Position numbers and translations under genes: made by a program. A stretch of DNA of 64,000 nt from Aquificaceae bacterium (GTDB lineage: Bacteria; Aquificota; Aquificia; Aquificales; Aquificaceae), in contig JANWWH010000001.1 of assembly GCA_025056375.1 (NCBI GenBank), positions 2,545 through 66,544 of the forward strand, given 5' to 3'. This document shows positions 38,603 to 49,800 of this stretch, one piece after another. Position 1 is the first letter of the stretch, and each line of letters begins with the position of its first letter. The notes below the pieces were generated by a model. That model had not been told where the DNA came from. It searched no databases and worked only from the letters and a program-made list of their open reading frames with translations.

Positions 38603-41600
38603 ATGAAGGATTTCGTCCACCTGCACCTCCACACCCAGTATTCTCTCCTTGATGGTGCAATAAAGGTAAAGGACTTGGCAAAAAGGGCAAAGGAGCTGGG
38701 CTACGGGGCGGTGGCTATCACCGACCACGGAAACCTCTTTGGCATTCTTGACTTTTACAGAAGTATGAAGAGCGCGGGCTTAAAACCCCTCATAGGTATG
38801 GAAGCTTACTTCACCACTGGCTCGCGTTTTGACAGAAAGGACAAGGGCTCGGAGGACAACATCACCGATAGATACAACCACCACCTCATACTCATAGCCA
38901 AAGACGACGAAGGTCTCAAAAACCTGATGAAGCTCTCTACCTTATCCTACAAGGAGGGTTTTTACTACAAGCCAAGGATAGACTATGAGCTTCTTGGTCA
39001 ATATCATAAAGGGCTTATAGCCATAACCGCATGTTTGAAGGGCGTCCCCACCTACTACGCAAGCCTCGGAGAAGAGGAGAAGGCGGAGGAGTGGGTAAAG
39101 AAGTTTTTGGACCTCTTTGGAGATGACCTTTACCTTGAGCTTCAGTCCAACTCTCTACCCGAGCAAGAAACCGCAAACAGAAACCTTATAAGTATAGCCC
39201 AAAGACTTGGGGTAAAGCTGGTAGCCACCAACGACTCTCACTACCTTATGCCCGAAGATAGGCTCGCCCATCAGGTGCTTATGGCTATACAGATGAAAAA
39301 GACCCTCATGGAGGTTCAGCAGGGAGGCTTTAAGTGTGCTAACGAGGGGTTGCACTTTGCTGGACCGGAGGAAGTGTGGGAGAAGTTCAGGGGTAAGTTT
39401 AATGGGTGGGAGAGGGCTCTTCTGAACACACTCGATGTGGCGGAAAAAACGGCGGGTAGATTCCGGCTCCTTGAGGGTGGTAGTCACCTCCTGCCCTACT
39501 TCCCTACCCAAGGGCTTTCACTCGGAGATTTCCTAAAAGAGCTTGCCCTCAAGGGTCTGAAGCAAAGGATAGAGCAAGGGCTTGCCAGAGACGATAAGGA
39601 ATACAAAGACAGACTTTTCTACGAGCTTGAGGTAGTCTCGCGCATGGGCTTTGAGGGCTACTTTTTGATAGTGCAGGACTTTATAAACTGGGCAAAGTCT
39701 CAGGGTATTCCCGTAGGACCTGGGAGGGGCTCGGCGGCAGGCTCTTTGCTTGCTTTTGCTCTCGGCATAACGGATGTGGACCCCATAAGGCACGGGCTTC
39801 TCTTTGAGAGGTTTCTCAACCCCGATAGGGTATCCATGCCTGACATTGATGTGGACTTTTGCATGGAAAACAGAGACAGGGTTATAGGGTATGTGAAAGA
39901 AAAATACCATCCTGAGAACGTAGCCCAAATAATCACCTACAATGTGATGAAGGCAAAACAAACCCTCAGAGATGTGGCAAGGGCTCTGGGCATACCATAT
40001 CAAACTGCGGACACGCTGGCAAAGCTCATACCTCAGGGTGATGTGCAGGGCACTTGGCTCTCTCTGGAGGAGATGTTCCTTACGCCCCTTGAGGAGCTCC
40101 TGAAAAAATACGGAAGGCACAGAAGGGACATAGAGGAGAACGCAAATAAGTTCAGAAAGCTCTGTCAAGAAGACCCAGAGCTAAAAAGGCTCGTAGAGAT
40201 AGCCCTAAGGCTCGAAGGACTCACCAGACATACCTCTTTGCACGCGGCGGGCGTGGTTATAGCACCCAAACCCTTAGAAGAGCTCTTGCCCCTTTACTAC
40301 GACAAGGAAGGCGCGGTGGCTACCCAGTTTGATATGGTTAAGCTTGAGGAGATAGGTCTCATAAAGATGGACTTTTTGGGTCTTAAGACCCTCACCGAAC
40401 TCCAGAGAGCCAGAGAGCTCATAAGAGAAAGGTGGGGTATAGACCTTAACTACTTAAACCTTCCCCTCGACGACCCAAAGGTTTACGAGCTCCTCAGGGC
40501 AGGCAACACTACGGGTGTCTTCCAGCTTGAGAGCCCAGGCATGAAAAAGCTCCTACTTAGGCTACAACCAGACAGTTTTGAGGATATAGTGGCAGTGCTC
40601 GCCCTATACAGACCAGGACCCCTAAAGAGCGGTCTTGTGGACAGCTACATAAACAGAAAGCAGGGAAGAGAGGAGGTGAACTATCCCTTTCCTGAGCTGG
40701 AGCCCGTGCTTAAGGAAACCTACGGAGTGTGGGTCTATCAGGAACAGATAATGAAGGCTTCTCAGGTTCTGGCAGGCTTCACGCCCGGTGAGGCGGACAC
40801 CCTCAGAAAAGCCATAGGTAAAAAGAAGGCAGACCTTATGGCTCAGATGAAGGAAAAGTTTATAAGTGGGGCGGTGGAGAGGGGTTACGAGGAAAAGAAG
40901 ATAACCGAGCTTTGGGAAGACATAGAGAAGTTTGCCAGCTACTCTTTCAATAAGTCTCACTCGGTAGCTTACGGATACCTTTCTTACTGGACAGCCTACC
41001 TAAAAGCCCATTACCCAGAAGAGTTTTTCTGCGTAAAGCTCTCCACCGAGAAGAACGACAAGAAGTTTATAAACCTTCTCAAAGATGCAAGAAGTGAGGG
41101 CTTTAAGCTTTTGCCACCGGACATAAATAGGAGCGATGTGGACTTCAAGATAGAGGACACAAAGACCATCCGCTTTGGTCTTGCTCGGATAAAAGGTGTG
41201 GGTGAAGAGACCGCAAAGCACATAGTGGAAAGTAGGAAAAGGTCTTGGAGCTCTATTGGAGACTTTGTGAGGGGTGTAGATGGTAAAAAGGTTAACAAAA
41301 AAACCCTTGAGGCACTCATAAAGGCGGGTGCCTTTGACTTTACGGGTGAGGAGCGTTCTAAACTCCTTCAGAGGCTTGAGGGTAATTCTTCCTTGTTCAT
41401 GAAGGGACTTTTTGGGTCAAAGGAGGAGGTTAAAGAGGAAAATTACGCAGGTTACGAAAGAGAGGTGCTCGGCTTTTTCATCTCTTCTCACCCTCTTGAC
41501 CCCTACGAGAGGCTTTTGAAAGGTAAAGTTTCTTCCCTTGAGGTGCTTGAGGAAGCAGAGGGAGGGACCTACACCTTTGCGGGTGCGGTAGTTGACCTGA

Positions 41601-42064
41601 GAATAAAGAAAACCCAAAAGGGCAACTATGTAGCCCTATTTAACTTGGTAGACAAGACGGGCATGGCAGAGGTCTTCGTGTTTCCTGAGACCTTCTCTCA
41701 AAACAAGGAGAAGATAAAAGAAGAGGGCGTTCTCGTAGGTAAGTTTGAAGTAGATAGAGACGAAGAGACGGAGGAGATAAAACTTTTGCTAAGGGAAGCC
41801 TACACCCCAGAAGAGTTCTTGAGGAGCGAACATATGAAAGTAAGGCTTGTATTTTTGAAGGAATTAGAGGACAAAGAGCTGAAGGGTCTAATGGAACTCC
41901 TGCAGGAGTGCGGTGACCAGGAAGGCAAGGAGCTTATCCTCGAGCTGAGGATAAATGGTTACAGAACCGTGCTTCAGGCAGACCCAAGGATAAAAGTGGG
42001 CATGAACATACTCAAGCTAAAGGACAGGCTCTCCAATATGGGTATAAACTTAGAAGTCACCTGA
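38603..42064 (+). CDS. dnaE: DNA polymerase III alpha subunit
   Basis: HLHLHTQYSLLDG PHP domain, GPGRGSAAGS, PDIDVDF, FNKSHS; no intein-sized insertion; start could also be ATG 38597. Confidence 0.97.
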   Translation: MKDFVHLHLHTQYSLLDGAIKVKDLAKRAKELGYGAVAITDHGNLFGILDFYRSMKSAGLKPLIGMEAYFTTGSRFDRKDKGSEDNITDRYNHHLILIAKDDEGLKNLMKLSTLSYKEGFYYKPRIDYELLGQYHKGLIAITACLKGVPTYYASLGEEEKAEEWVKKFLDLFGDDLYLELQSNSLPEQETANRNLISIAQRLGVKLVATNDSHYLMPEDRLAHQVLMAIQMKKTLMEVQQGGFKCANEGLHFAGPEEVWEKFRGKFNGWERALLNTLDVAEKTAGRFRLLEGGSHLLPYFPTQGLSLGDFLKELALKGLKQRIEQGLARDDKEYKDRLFYELEVVSRMGFEGYFLIVQDFINWAKSQGIPVGPGRGSAAGSLLAFALGITDVDPIRHGLLFERFLNPDRVSMPDIDVDFCMENRDRVIGYVKEKYHPENVAQIITYNVMKAKQTLRDVARALGIPYQTADTLAKLIPQGDVQGTWLSLEEMFLTPLEELLKKYGRHRRDIEENANKFRKLCQEDPELKRLVEIALRLEGLTRHTSLHAAGVVIAPKPLEELLPLYYDKEGAVATQFDMVKLEEIGLIKMDFLGLKTLTELQRARELIRERWGIDLNYLNLPLDDPKVYELLRAGNTTGVFQLESPGMKKLLLRLQPDSFEDIVAVLALYRPGPLKSGLVDSYINRKQGREEVNYPFPELEPVLKETYGVWVYQEQIMKASQVLAGFTPGEADTLRKAIGKKKADLMAQMKEKFISGAVERGYEEKKITELWEDIEKFASYSFNKSHSVAYGYLSYWTAYLKAHYPEEFFCVKLSTEKNDKKFINLLKDARSEGFKLLPPDINRSDVDFKIEDTKTIRFGLARIKGVGEETAKHIVESRKRSWSSIGDFVRGVDGKKVNKKTLEALIKAGAFDFTGEERSKLLQRLEGNSSLFMKGLFGSKEEVKEENYAGYEREVLGFFISSHPLDPYERLLKGKVSSLEVLEEAEGGTYTFAGAVVDLRIKKTQKGNYVALFNLVDKTGMAEVFVFPETFSQNKEKIKEEGVLVGKFEVDRDEETEEIKLLLREAYTPEEFLRSEHMKVRLVFLKELEDKELKGLMELLQECGDQEGKELILELRINGYRTVLQADPRIKVGMNILKLKDRLSNMGINLEVT

Positions 42065-42412
42065 AAGGTGAAGCTCGGGAAAGCTCTGGATATCCTGCCC
42101 CCTTTCCAGAAGGTTTATGTGCTCCTCCAAAAACTCCCTTATAGAAGCGAGATTCACATAAATAAAGAACTCTCCACAGGGTTGAAGTTGGTCCTTCACC
42201 ATCCTGAGAACGCGTAGACAGCTGTCTCTTCTTCCACAAAGATAGTGATTGTAGGCAATGGCAAGCCTTATAAGCCCCTGACAGCAGTTTCTTGAGTGTT
42301 TGTCCTCTTTAGGAAAGAGCCTCCATAAGTCCTCAAGAACCTCGTGAGCGGAGTAAAAGTCCTTCGCGTCCCAGAACCTCTTAGCTTCCTTCAGGAGCTC
42401 TAATTCCCTCAA
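42050..42412 (-). CDS. DUF309 family protein
   Basis: FYSAHEVLEDLW, QGLIRLAIA. Confidence 0.85.
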   Translation of the reverse strand: MRELELLKEAKRFWDAKDFYSAHEVLEDLWRLFPKEDKHSRNCCQGLIRLAIAYNHYLCGRRDSCLRVLRMVKDQLQPCGEFFIYVNLASIREFLEEHINLLERGQDIQSFPELHLSGDF

Positions 42413-42699
42413 GTTTTTAAACCTATCATAAAGCCCACCGCAAAAGTGCCTACAAAGGCGAGCTTTCTTATAAGCCCCTGCACAAACTCACCCACACCTT
42501 CAAACATACCCTTAAAGAGGACAAAAAGCTGAGCCCAATGAACCTCTATGATACCCTTGCTGGCGAGCCACATGAGGGAAAGAAGGTAAAGCCCCAGAAG
42601 TAGGAGAAAGAAGTTAAGCACTCTCCTTATGGCAAAGCCCACCACAAAACCTGCAAACCCTGCATAGCCCATATCTAAAAGGAGACCGCTCCAGCTCAT
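42409..42699 (-). CDS. FUN14 family membrane protein
   Basis: GFAGFVVGFAIRRV...FAVGFMIG hydrophobic pattern. Confidence 0.75.
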   Translation of the reverse strand: MSWSGLLLDMGYAGFAGFVVGFAIRRVLNFFLLLLGLYLLSLMWLASKGIIEVHWAQLFVLFKGMFEGVGEFVQGLIRKLAFVGTFAVGFMIGLKT

Positions 42700-43811
42700 T
42701 GATACCTAAAGATGCTCGGGTTTAGCACATCTGGGTAGTTGGTGGTCATTTCGTAGTCAAGGAGCTGTTTTCTTATCCTCTGGAGGTCTGACCTGTTGGG
42801 CTTAAAGGGATAGCTCTTTATGTCACTTACTGAGCTGTCGCCAAAGGGTCTGTTGCAGGCAACTTCGCTGGTCTTACCCCTACAGCCGGAGGTCATGAAG
42901 GGTCTTCCACTCCAGAAGAGCTCTTCAAAGGTGTCCTTGTCTATGCCAAAGTCTACCACCTGACCCCTTTCGTTAAACTTCATGTCCTCGTAGCGGGCTA
43001 TCTGGTTGTCTATAAGGTAACGGGCAAGCTGAACCCTTCTGTATTGCGGGGCTGGGCAGGGCTTTTCTTTTTCCATCATAGAACCCTCCTCTGGCCAGAA
43101 GGAAAAGAGGTGTGTCCTTGCGCCCATGTCCCTCACCCTTTGTATAGTATCTATCATCTCCTGCTCTGTTTCCCCAAGCCCTACCACCAGATGACAACCT
43201 GCATAGCCATCACCCATAACCTCACAAGCCCATTCTAAAACCTTCCAGAAGGTTTCCCAGCGGTGTGGGCTGTTCATGGGTCTTCCGCGTAGCCTTTCAA
43301 AAACCTCGGGCGTTCCGCAGTCTATGGCCACCGTGACCGTATCCGCACCCAGCTTCTTGTAGTCTTCCATGTCCTCGTAGGTTGTTCCTGTGGCGTTTAT
43401 AAGAAGAGAGACAAAGAGCTTATCCCCAAGCTCCGAGAGGACTTTTTTGAGCACATACTTGGTGTCCCTTATAGACTTTGGGTGAGTTATCTGGGCTATG
43501 CAGAGCCTCTCCACATGACCCACACCCTTAGCTCTTTCTATGATTTCCTCCAGCTTTACAGTTGGCCACTCCACCCTTATGAAGTTTTTCTTCGAATACT
43601 CCATCTCTCTTGCTTTTTGTAGTCCGCAGTAGGCACAGGTGGCATGACATCCAGAGGGGTAAGTAAGAAGGGTATTTATACAACTGAGCCTCGTGTTCCT
43701 GTAAAATTGTCCCGGCACTATACCGAGGGTCATGGCAGCCGCCATGCTTATCTGAAGGTATTCGGGGCTTTCCCTTTGCTCCGTGAGCCTCTCAAGGACG
43801 AGCCTGTCCAT
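42696..43811 (-). CDS. Radical SAM protein, LipS2-like (alternative lipoyl synthase subunit)
   Basis: CHATCAYC; C-terminal TSGC...ACNRP resembling the LipS2 TxGCPxC(N/D)RP motif. Confidence 0.65.
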   Translation of the reverse strand: MDRLVLERLTEQRESPEYLQISMAAAMTLGIVPGQFYRNTRLSCINTLLTYPSGCHATCAYCGLQKAREMEYSKKNFIRVEWPTVKLEEIIERAKGVGHVERLCIAQITHPKSIRDTKYVLKKVLSELGDKLFVSLLINATGTTYEDMEDYKKLGADTVTVAIDCGTPEVFERLRGRPMNSPHRWETFWKVLEWACEVMGDGYAGCHLVVGLGETEQEMIDTIQRVRDMGARTHLFSFWPEEGSMMEKEKPCPAPQYRRVQLARYLIDNQIARYEDMKFNERGQVVDFGIDKDTFEELFWSGRPFMTSGCRGKTSEVACNRPFGDSSVSDIKSYPFKPNRSDLQRIRKQLLDYEMTTNYPDVLNPSIFRYQ

Positions 43812-43823
43812 TCTTTCACCTCC

Positions 43824-43884
43824 GTAGAGTTATTATAAACTCTACCCTTGGCATACTTTTAAAAAATTCTTATAAGGTTATAAG
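43824..43884. promoter_or_regulatory. Two palindromes in the radical SAM gene promoter
   Basis: GTAGAGTT-ATTATA-AACTCTAC (43824-43845, centred on minus-strand TATAAT) and CTTATAA-GG-TTATAAG (43869-43884). Confidence 0.5.
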
Positions 43885-43885
43885 C

Positions 43886-44308
43886 CTACCTTCTTCTACG
43901 TTTTTCCAATATGATGGTAGACACCTCTGCCGCCTTTTTTGGGTCCATGGCCTCCAGTATGGAAGCGGCCTGCCTATCCTTTAAATTTAGTAGGACCTCC
44001 GCAGCCAGCTCAGGGTCAAGGTTGTTCATGATGGCACCCGCCTCGTCGGGGGAGGTTTTGTTGAATATCTCCACCAGCTTCTTAACCTCCTGTTTTGGCT
44101 CCTCCTTTGGAGGTTCTACCCTTTTAAGTTCCTCAAGTTTTCTCCTTTCCTCTTCAAGCCTTCTGAGCTTTTCCTCGAGCTCCTTAGAGAGAGCTTTTAC
44201 CTCTTCCTGAGCCTTCTTCTCTCTGTCCTGTTTTATCTTTTTCTGCAGGGCGGATTGAGAAAAAGCCAGCGAGAGAAAACACAGGGTAAGGGTTAAAAAC
44301 TTAAGCAT
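43886..44308 (-). CDS. MotE/YlxF-like flagellar protein
   Basis: N-terminal hydrophobic segment, coiled coil, repeated DEAGAIM/AAEVLL/AASILEAM helices; follows fliJ-like gene. Confidence 0.6.
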   Translation of the reverse strand: MLKFLTLTLCFLSLAFSQSALQKKIKQDREKKAQEEVKALSKELEEKLRRLEEERRKLEELKRVEPPKEEPKQEVKKLVEIFNKTSPDEAGAIMNNLDPELAAEVLLNLKDRQAASILEAMDPKKAAEVSTIILEKRRRR

Positions 44309-44708
44309 TCTTACGCCACCTTTTTATCAGGTGTAGAAAACCAGCCCTCTGAGCCTCAATATTGGCAGACCTGGAACGCTCCTCTCTTCTACGCATATCT
44401 CTGAGAAGCTCAAGGGCTTTTAAATCTCTGTAGGCTTCCTTTAGCCTTTTCCTTCTCTCCTCTTTTACCGCCTCCAGTTTGGCAATCCTTTCGAGGAGCT
44501 CTCTTTTTTGAGAGTGGAGAGACCTGTATTGAATAAGTAAGCCCTCGGAGAAGGATGTCTTTATGTTCTGGTTTACCTCTTCCTGTAGGACTTCTATCCT
44601 CTCCAATTCTCTCCTTAGCCTGCCTATCTGCATCTCTACCTCCTTTAGCTCTCTTGCCCTAACTTCTTTTATACCCTCCTTTATCCTTATAATCCTTTTG
44701 AGGCTCAT
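44301..44708 (-). CDS. fliJ: Flagellar export protein FliJ-like
   Basis: Coiled-coil ~135 aa with L..A.rdlKaLE.L pattern; start placed at MSLKR. Confidence 0.55.
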   Translation of the reverse strand: MSLKRIIRIKEGIKEVRARELKEVEMQIGRLRRELERIEVLQEEVNQNIKTSFSEGLLIQYRSLHSQKRELLERIAKLEAVKEERRKRLKEAYRDLKALELLRDMRRREERSRSANIEAQRAGFLHLIKRWRKNA

Positions 44709-44726
44709 GTTAAAATTATAAGCCCC

Positions 44727-45323
44727 GTGTATGGTGAAGTTTCCGAGCTTATAGAAATAGGAAGACTTCTTCACTCAAGAGGTTGGCTACCTGCAAGCGG
44801 TGGAAACCTCTCTGCGAGGGTAGAGAATGATAGGGTGCTCATTACCGCTTCTGGCACTCACAAGGGACATCTCACCCGTGAGGACTTCGTGACGGTAGAC
44901 CTTGAGGGCAAACTTCTGGAAGGCTCAAAGAGACCCTCTGCGGAGACCCTTCTTCACCTCGTGGTCTATAGGAACTTTCCTCGGGTTATGTCGGTTCTCC
45001 ATGTGCACTCGGTAAATTCCACCCTCATATCAAGGCTTGCCAAAGAAGACCTGAAGTTAGAAAACTACGAACTCCTCAAAGCCTTTGAGGGTATAAAGAC
45101 CCACGATACGAGTATAAAAGTGCCAGTTTTTGAAAATGCGCAAGACATGAAAACCCTATCGAGGCTCGTAGAGAAGAGGCTTGTAAAGGGAGACCTTTAT
45201 GGCTTTCTCCTGAAGTCTCACGGTCTTTACACCTGGGGTAGTAGCATAAGAGAAGCCTACATAAGGCTCGAAGCCTTTGAGTTTCTCTTTGAGTGCGAGC
45301 TGAAGCTGGCTCTCAGAGGTTAA
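44727..45323 (+). CDS. mtnB: Methylthioribulose-1-phosphate dehydratase
   Basis: GWLPASGGNLS, SGTHKG, PSAETLLH, LHVHS, HGLYTWG. Confidence 0.92.
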   Translation: MYGEVSELIEIGRLLHSRGWLPASGGNLSARVENDRVLITASGTHKGHLTREDFVTVDLEGKLLEGSKRPSAETLLHLVVYRNFPRVMSVLHVHSVNSTLISRLAKEDLKLENYELLKAFEGIKTHDTSIKVPVFENAQDMKTLSRLVEKRLVKGDLYGFLLKSHGLYTWGSSIREAYIRLEAFEFLFECELKLALRG

Positions 45324-46607
<1,284 letters not shown>

Positions 46608-46725
46608 AAAATGTAGCATAACATAAGCCAATTAAAAGTCTTCTCATAAAGTAAAAGACAAAAATACCAAACGTCTTAACGGATTTTTAACATACAACCT
46701 ATAGATTTAGACAAGGAGGTGGGCC

Positions 46726-46809
46726 ATGGTGGTATATGTAAGGGTAAAGATTCACAAGAATGATAAAAAGGGAGTTTTGAGGAAGGTATTCGTAGGCAAT
46801 AAGAAATGA
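46726..46809 (+). CDS. Candidate 27-aa basic small protein (MVVYVRVKIHKNDKKGVLRKVFVGNKK)
   Basis: Strong AAGGAGGTG SD at 46713-46721 in an otherwise empty AT-rich intergenic region. Confidence 0.45.
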   Translation: MVVYVRVKIHKNDKKGVLRKVFVGNKK

Positions 46810-46828
46810 GGCAAGACCGTTAAATATG

Positions 46829-49800
46829 TCACCTGCATGTTTCTTCAAGGGGTAAAGGCTTGCAAAGAAGAAAGCCTTGAAGGTAGGTAACGCCCATATC
46901 TCTGAGTATAGCAAGCTGTTCTTCTGTTTCCACTCCTTCCGCCACAGTCTCGAGCCCTAAAACCTCTGCCAGCTCCACAATGCTCCTTACTAATTTTCGT
47001 GCCTTTTGGTCTGTCCCAACCTTCCTGACAAAGGAAATATCTACCTTGATAATGTCTATGGGCAAGTCTACTATGTAAGAGAGGGAGGAATATCCTGTGC
47101 CAAAGTCATCCACGAGTATCTTTATACCTTTTTCTGTTCTCAGTAGGCTTAACAGCTCCAGATTCTTGGATGAAAGTTTAAATAATGCTCTTTCTGTAAT
47201 TTCCAACGCAAGCCTGCCCTTAATATCCCTCTTAAGGATGTCTTCAAACAGGGTATCAAACTCAAAGACCCTTGGGGGGACATTTACGGTTACAGGCTTT
47301 CCGAGTTTTTCCACTGCAAGCAAGACTTCCTCAAAAGCCCATCTCTGAAAATCCTTCAGAAGAACGCTCCCCTCAAGGTATTCTATGAAGTAGTGAGGTG
47401 TGTAAATATGTCCTTCTCTGTCCTTTATCCTTACGAGAGCCTCGTAGCCCGCTACTGATAGGTCTTTGCTACGGAAGTAGGGCTGGTAGTAAAAAACAAA
47501 AAGCTTCTCCTTGAGAGCTCTGTATACCAGCTCAGTAGAATTCTGATAATCCCTTGCCTTTAAGTCCATGTCTTCCTGGAAGAACTTAACTGCTCCTTCT
47601 CCATGAAGCTTTGCATTCTTTAAGGCTATGTCCGCCTTTCCGTATACATCACCAAAGCTCTCTCTTCCGCCGGAAATAAGACAAACGCCCATGTTTACCT
47701 GCGTTATTATTTCAACATCGCCTAACCTAAAGGGCTCTTTGAAGGATTCGAGCAATAGATTTATGTTAACCATAATCTGCCGTTCCTCTTCAAAGGGTCC
47801 AAGCAAAAAGCCAAACTCGTCGCCTGCTACTCTGGAAAGTGTGTCCGCATCTGGAAGTTTTTCCCTTAATCTTTGAGCTACCAACGAAAGAAGCTTGTCT
47901 CCCACATCTATGCCGTAGTTCTTGTTTATGAAAGAAAAGTTGTAAATGTCAAGAATTACAAAGGCATACATGTCTCCTTGTTTCATGCTTGACATCTTTT
48001 CCATGACTTTGAACTTAAAGCCCTCAAGGTTGAGAAGCCCCGTGGCAGGGTCAACGAAGGTAAGCCTTTCCACCTCCGAAGAGAGGTAAAGTTCCTTTGA
48101 TATATCCCTACCCACCGCCATATACATAATCTCTCCGTCGGGTAGCTTTACAGGATAAAGGGTCTGGTCAAGGTAGAAAACTGTTCCGTCTTTGCTCCTG
48201 TAGATGAAAGTTGAACGAAACTGCTCTCCAGACCTCAGGGTATTCCATAGAGTTTTGTGAAACTCCTCGCCGTGGTATCCTGCTTCAAACATGCGGAGAG
48301 TGTTGCCTAAAATCTCCTCCTTGCTATACCCGGAAAGGCTACACACAGTCTCATTCACATATACTATCTTTCCATCTTCATTCGTCACAAGAACCCAAGA
48401 GTGCGAGCTTTTTAGTGCCTCCCCAAGTATGGTGTTTTTTCTTATTTCCTCCAACCTTCGCAGGGCAAACTCTATGTCCTCCTTCATCTCCTCTATTACC
48501 TCCCTGTTCTCCTCCTGAAAGAAGTTGGTCTCGTCCGAGTAGAGATTAAGGGAATACAGAGGTTTGTCACCCTTCACGATGGGTATGGAGCAGGAGGATA
48601 TATAATTCCTTGAGAGCATGCTTTCTTTTACATGCTCTGACATAAGACTTCTTGTGGTGCTGTAGCTTATCTGCACCCTGTTTTCCACAAAGGCTTGTAT
48701 TACTATATCGTCCTGTATAGGCTCGTACCTTTTTATTCTTGCGGTTACCATGCTAAGGTATTTTCCGTTTTTTCCATAGTAGTAGATGGGCTGTATGGTT
48801 TCCAACCTTGGTTCGTATATCCCTACCCACGCAAAATTAACACCAAGCTTGTCTACAACCACCTTGCATATACTTTTTAGGAGCTCTCCCTCCTCCACCG
48901 CATGAGTTATGAGGTAGTTTATTTCCCTAAGTATTTCATAAAGCCTTTGGAATCTTTTCTTTTTTGTGATATCCGTAAGAAAGACCACGCCCGAGTTTTT
49001 ACCGCCAAAAACGATAGTTTCCGAGCTTGCAATAGCCCACGCCCTGTCTCCGTTTTTTGTCTTTATGGCTAACTCGTTGTAGTTTGCGAGAAACTTAAGT
49101 CCTGACAGCCTCTTTTCAATCTCCTCCAGGAATAACTCAGCGTAGCTTCCATAAAAGAGCTTCAGGACTAGGTCACCTATGGGTATGTTTTCTAATTCTT
49201 CACTTGTGTAGCCCGTCAGACGTGTAAAAGCATTGTTTACGTATACAAGTTTGTCGTTGTATATCATGACTGCAACATTGGCATCCTTTTTGAGCGCCTC
49301 CGCTATGCTTGCGTAAGAAAGCTTTTTTGCAAGCCGTTCAAATGTACTATGAACCTCCGCAATTTTGACCATATCCCCTTCATCCGCAGGTTCAAAGTAC
49401 TCTGAGCTTAGCAATGCCCTTTTTACCTTTTCCGCTATAGGCTCAACAGCCATAACCAGATGAGATATTTCAAGGGTTTTATCTTCCAGCACTCTGTATA
49501 AGGTTCTTTCTTCCTCAGGCAGTTTCTGCCAAAAGTAATAGCAAACCACACCCAGATGAGCATTCCCCTCCCTTAAGAGTTTCAAAACACCACGAAAGTC
49601 GTCAGTATATATAAAAACAACCCTGTGGAAGTCCAACTCTGAAAGAACAAAGCCTGCAGGCTTAAAAAAAGGCAAAGCTACGAGTATCTGTCCTTCTTCA
49701 GGAACCTCATCTTTTGCTACAAGCAGATATCTGTTTGGCTTTCCTCTTGGCTTGGATACTGGCATGTAGCCCTTATGGTATAGCTTTTCACAAACAAGAG

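Noticed and set aside
38597-42064. Intein in DnaE
   Set aside because: Length (about 1155 aa) is normal, and there is no C...HN/C splice junction or LAGLIDADG insert.
46615-46630. sigma54-like GG-N10-GC site (TGGCTTATGTTATGCT, minus strand)
   Set aside because: Only the core dinucleotides match well, and it would point antisense into serS; likely chance.
46699-46914. 71-aa minus-strand ORF downstream of the EAL gene
   Set aside because: It starts inside the EAL gene in another frame with no SD; the plus-strand 27-aa ORF has the much better initiation signal.
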